DNA from: Abditibacteriaceae bacterium
Lineage (GTDB): Bacteria > Armatimonadota > Abditibacteriia > Abditibacteriales > Abditibacteriaceae
NCBI GenBank assembly: GCA_031372065.1
Contig: JANMKN010000071.1
Coordinates: 1-27,976, forward strand
Length of the DNA: 27,976 nt
Direction of reading: 5' to 3'
Part shown: positions 25,170 through 27,976 of the stretch, in pieces
Numbering within the stretch: position 1 is the first letter of the stretch
How the letters are laid out: each line of letters opens with the position of its first letter
Program-made: the position numbers and the translations under genes
Notes under the pieces: generated by a model
Databases searched by the model: none
The model's input: only the letters and a program-made list of their open reading frames with translations
What the model was told of the DNA's origin: nothing

Positions 25170-26540
25170 ATGAAAATTTTCAAATGGGAAGCGCCGTCAC
25201 GCCGCCTGATGCGCCGCACAGTGGCTGTCGCGGTTTGTGCAACAGGTCTTATCAGTGCCGCCGTTTTGAGCGGCTGCAATAATTCGTCTGGCACCAACAC
25301 TGCCGGTGGCGGCGCGACAAACGGCGGCTCCTCGGCTATGCAACAGTTGGTGATCGTGTCGCCTCATGCCACGGAAATTCAAAAAGAGTTCGAGCGCTTG
25401 TTCAAATCCAAGCATCCCGATGTGAAATTCAAATGGTTCGATCAGGGCGGCACGTCGGATTTACTGAAATTGGTGCTGGGCCAAGCGGGACAAGGCGGTT
25501 TGAAGGCCGATTTGTTTTTCGGCGGCGGCGGCGAATCGTTTGCCGTGTTGGAAGAAAAAGGGATGCTGCAACCGCTCGGCGAAACCTATGGCGTGCCCGA
25601 TAAGTTGAATGGCGTGCCTTTGCGCGGCAAAGATGACCGCTGGGTCGCTGCCGCGCTGTCGGGCTTTGGCATTTTGGTCAATCAATTCTATGCCAAACGC
25701 GATAATTTGCCGATTCCGCAAACATGGAGCGATCTAACCAATCCCAAATTGGAAAATCGCATCGAACTGGCCGATCCGCGCGAATCGGGTTCGGCGCACA
25801 CGGCTTACGAAGTGATTTTGCAAACCAACGGCTGGGACAAAGGCTGGCAAATTCTCGAAGGCATGGCGGCCAATTCGCGGCGCTTCGTCAAAAGTTCATC
25901 GGACTTAACGCGCGATGTCAGCAGCGGCGAAGCCGTTATCGCGCCCGCCATTGATTTCTATGGGCGCAAAACCGTGGCGAAAGCCGGCAACGACGACAGC
26001 GGCGCGCCAAAACTGGTTTATATCGAACCCAAAGGGCAAAATGTGGTCACGCCCGATCCGATTGGCTTGCTCAAGGAAGCGCCACACGCCGAACTCGCCA
26101 AAGAATTCATCAAAATGGTGCTGTCGCCCGAAGCGCAAAAAATGTGGATGCTCGAAAAAGGCGCGCCCGGCGGCCCGGAATTGAAAGAATTTTCTGATGA
26201 AAAAGGGCTTTTTCGTATGCCCGCGCTGCCTACGGCTTATAAACCGATTCCTAAAGGCAGCTTGATTCAATCGAACCCTTATACTATTGTCAATCAGCGC
26301 CAATACGACGCGCCCAAAGCCGCCCAAAGGCGTCAGGCGCTTGATATTTTGCTGGGCGCCGTGTTGATTGATAATCGCACGCAACTCCAAGCGGCTTTTA
26401 AGAAAAATCCAGCGCTGAGTTATGTGCCTCTCAGCGAAGCCGATTTCACCAAAGTCGCCGCGCAGTGGGACAACGCCGCTTTTAAAAGCAAAACCACCAA
26501 CGATTGGCTCCAAGCCGCGCGACAGAAATTCAGTGGTTAG
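25170..26540 (+). CDS. ABC transporter solute-binding lipoprotein (Fe3+/AfuA/FbpA-like cluster)
   Basis: Lipobox LSGC; LVIVSPH, DLFFGGG, LADPRESGSA and AKEFIKMVLSPEAQ. Confidence 0.88.
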   Translation: MKIFKWEAPSRRLMRRTVAVAVCATGLISAAVLSGCNNSSGTNTAGGGATNGGSSAMQQLVIVSPHATEIQKEFERLFKSKHPDVKFKWFDQGGTSDLLKLVLGQAGQGGLKADLFFGGGGESFAVLEEKGMLQPLGETYGVPDKLNGVPLRGKDDRWVAAALSGFGILVNQFYAKRDNLPIPQTWSDLTNPKLENRIELADPRESGSAHTAYEVILQTNGWDKGWQILEGMAANSRRFVKSSSDLTRDVSSGEAVIAPAIDFYGRKTVAKAGNDDSGAPKLVYIEPKGQNVVTPDPIGLLKEAPHAELAKEFIKMVLSPEAQKMWMLEKGAPGGPELKEFSDEKGLFRMPALPTAYKPIPKGSLIQSNPYTIVNQRQYDAPKAAQRRQALDILLGAVLIDNRTQLQAAFKKNPALSYVPLSEADFTKVAAQWDNAAFKSKTTNDWLQAARQKFSG

Positions 26541-26616
26541 TGAACAGTGGTCGGTGGTCGGTAACAGCCACTGCCCACTGCCCACTGCCCACTGCCCACT
26601 GCCCACCGCTCACTGA
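26531..26616. repeat. Heptamer tandem repeat with a complementary arm (CCACTGC x5)
   Basis: Five exact CCACTGC (26568-26602) plus two degenerate copies; upstream CAGTGGT-type complementary heptamers at 26531-26560. Confidence 0.9.
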
Positions 26617-26621
26617 CAAAA

Positions 26622-27737
26622 ATGCTCTCCGTTACTTTTGACAACATCACCAAGCGCTATGATCGCATGGTGGCTGTCAGCGAACTTTCGCTGGAAATAC
26701 AGCCCGGCGAATTGTTTTTCATGCTCGGCCCATCGGGTTGCGGCAAGACGACGTGCCTGCGTATGGTAGCGGGTTTCGCACAACCCGATGGCGGACAATT
26801 GCGCTTTGGCGACCGCGTGATGAACAACGTCGCGCCGCATCAGCGCAACACGGGCATGGTGTTTCAAAATTACGCGCTGTGGCCCCATTTGACGGTGCGC
26901 GGCAACGTGGAATATGGCCTGCGCGTGCGCAAAGTGGACGCGGCCAATCGCGAAAAACGCGTCACGGAAGCACTGGAAATGGTGCGTTTGGGGCAATTGG
27001 GCAATCGTTATCCGTCGCAATTATCGGGCGGACAGCAGCAACGCGTGGCTTTGGCGCGGGCTTTGGTCATCCGTCCCGATGTTTTGCTGCTCGACGAGCC
27101 GCTTTCCAACCTCGACGCGCAGTTGCGCCTCGAAATGCGCCGCGAAATCAAGCGATTGCACGAAGAAACCGGCACAACGGCGCTTTATGTGACGCACGAT
27201 CAGGAAGAAGCGCTTTCGATTGCTGACCGCGTGGCGATTTTACGAGACGGCACCTTGCAACAAGTCGGCACGCCGCGCGAATTATATCGCGCGCCGAGTT
27301 CGCGTTTTGTCGCTGAATTCATCGGGGAAACCAACTTTTTGCCGGGACTTGTCGAAAGCGCCGACGCCCAATTCTTGCAAGTTGCCACGCCTGCGGGCCT
27401 GTTGCGCGCGGCAAAACCAGAAAACAGGCAATTTGAAAAAGGCCAAGATGTTTGGTGTTCGATTCGCCCCGAAGCATGGCGCGTGGCAACTGGTGAAACC
27501 ACAGAAACGCAACTGGCGGCGCAATTAAAAAGCGTGATGTATCTTGGCGAGCGCGAACAATATCAAGCGCATCTCACGGCACAGCCAAATGGCGGTAAAA
27601 TTGTGGAAGGCGGCGAAGCAGAAGCATGGCGCGACATCAAAATTGCCATTACCAATCCCGGCGAACGCGCCCCGCAAGTCGGCGGCGCGCTTTCCCTTTC
27701 CTGCGCTCCCGCCGATGTGGTCGTTTTAAGTGCGTGA
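26622..27737 (+). CDS. ABC transporter ATP-binding protein (FbpC/PotA-like, TOBE domain)
   Basis: Walker A GPSGCGKT, LSGGQQQR, LLLDEPLSNLD and VTHDQEEA. Confidence 0.93.
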   Translation: MLSVTFDNITKRYDRMVAVSELSLEIQPGELFFMLGPSGCGKTTCLRMVAGFAQPDGGQLRFGDRVMNNVAPHQRNTGMVFQNYALWPHLTVRGNVEYGLRVRKVDAANREKRVTEALEMVRLGQLGNRYPSQLSGGQQQRVALARALVIRPDVLLLDEPLSNLDAQLRLEMRREIKRLHEETGTTALYVTHDQEEALSIADRVAILRDGTLQQVGTPRELYRAPSSRFVAEFIGETNFLPGLVESADAQFLQVATPAGLLRAAKPENRQFEKGQDVWCSIRPEAWRVATGETTETQLAAQLKSVMYLGEREQYQAHLTAQPNGGKIVEGGEAEAWRDIKIAITNPGERAPQVGGALSLSCAPADVVVLSA

Positions 27738-27837
27738 TTCGTGAGTGATGAGGCCGTATTAGGCGCACCGATTGACCTTCACCCCCGGCGCCTTTTAGTC
27801 CAGCGGATTATTTAGATTGACTTATCAATCTAATGAG

Positions 27838-27874
27838 AAAAGATGCCTTCGGCGTCCCGCCGAGCATCTTTTTT
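27838..27874 (+). terminator. Probable intrinsic terminator
   Basis: AAAAGATGCCTTCGGCG-TCC-CGCCGAGCATCTTTTTT. Confidence 0.65.
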
Positions 27875-27883
27875 CCAAAAGTT

Positions 27884-27976
27884 GAGTATGGCGGGATGCG
27901 CCAGGGCACCAAGTTTCGGCGCTCGGAGCACGGCGGGACCCCGGAGGGTATCGAGTTTCTGCGCTCGGAGCATCGC
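27884..27976. repeat. Start of a degenerate 42-bp-period tandem repeat, truncated by the window end
   Basis: GGCGGGA at 27890 and 27932; AGTTTCnGCGCTCGGAGCA at 27912 and 27954. Confidence 0.7.

Noticed and set aside
25905..26606. 233-aa minus-strand ORF starting MGSGQWAVGSGQW
   Set aside because: The start is a translation of the heptamer repeat and the rest is antisense to the solute-binding protein gene.

Overview
Bacterial chromosomal window, moderately GC-rich and mostly housekeeping (the gene style suggests Abditibacteriota/Armatimonadota; this is inference only). Gene order: 5' part of a probable yybP-ykoY riboswitch at the left edge (minus strand), a divergent UPF0182-like membrane protein, gatC-gatA-[four accessory genes]-gatB, ACT-domain protein, exported SPOR-like protein, peptide deformylase, metallophosphoesterase, small membrane protein, a PFK-fold protein lacking the catalytic motifs (with a promoter, structured leader and terminator upstream), 5-formylTHF cyclo-ligase, YihY, CdsA, orphan ABC-2 permease, NYN protein, exported protein, M48 peptidase, tRNA-Ser(GCT), YebC, PrsA-like lipoprotein, hypothetical, rnc, and an ABC solute-binding protein plus ATPase. 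Main observations: (1) a chimeric gatB-head/gatA-tail mini-ORF (5547-5636) inside the gatA-gatB interval, suggesting cargo genes are stacked there as 'gatA tail-cargo-gatB head' cassettes with no integrase in the window; (2) an 11-unit array of 41-42-bp palindromes with alternating cores (23274-23727); (3) a probable pseudo-phosphofructokinase under a candidate attenuator or riboswitch; (4) several MITE-like and short-repeat hairpin elements. No CRISPR-Cas, transposase or integrase is seen.
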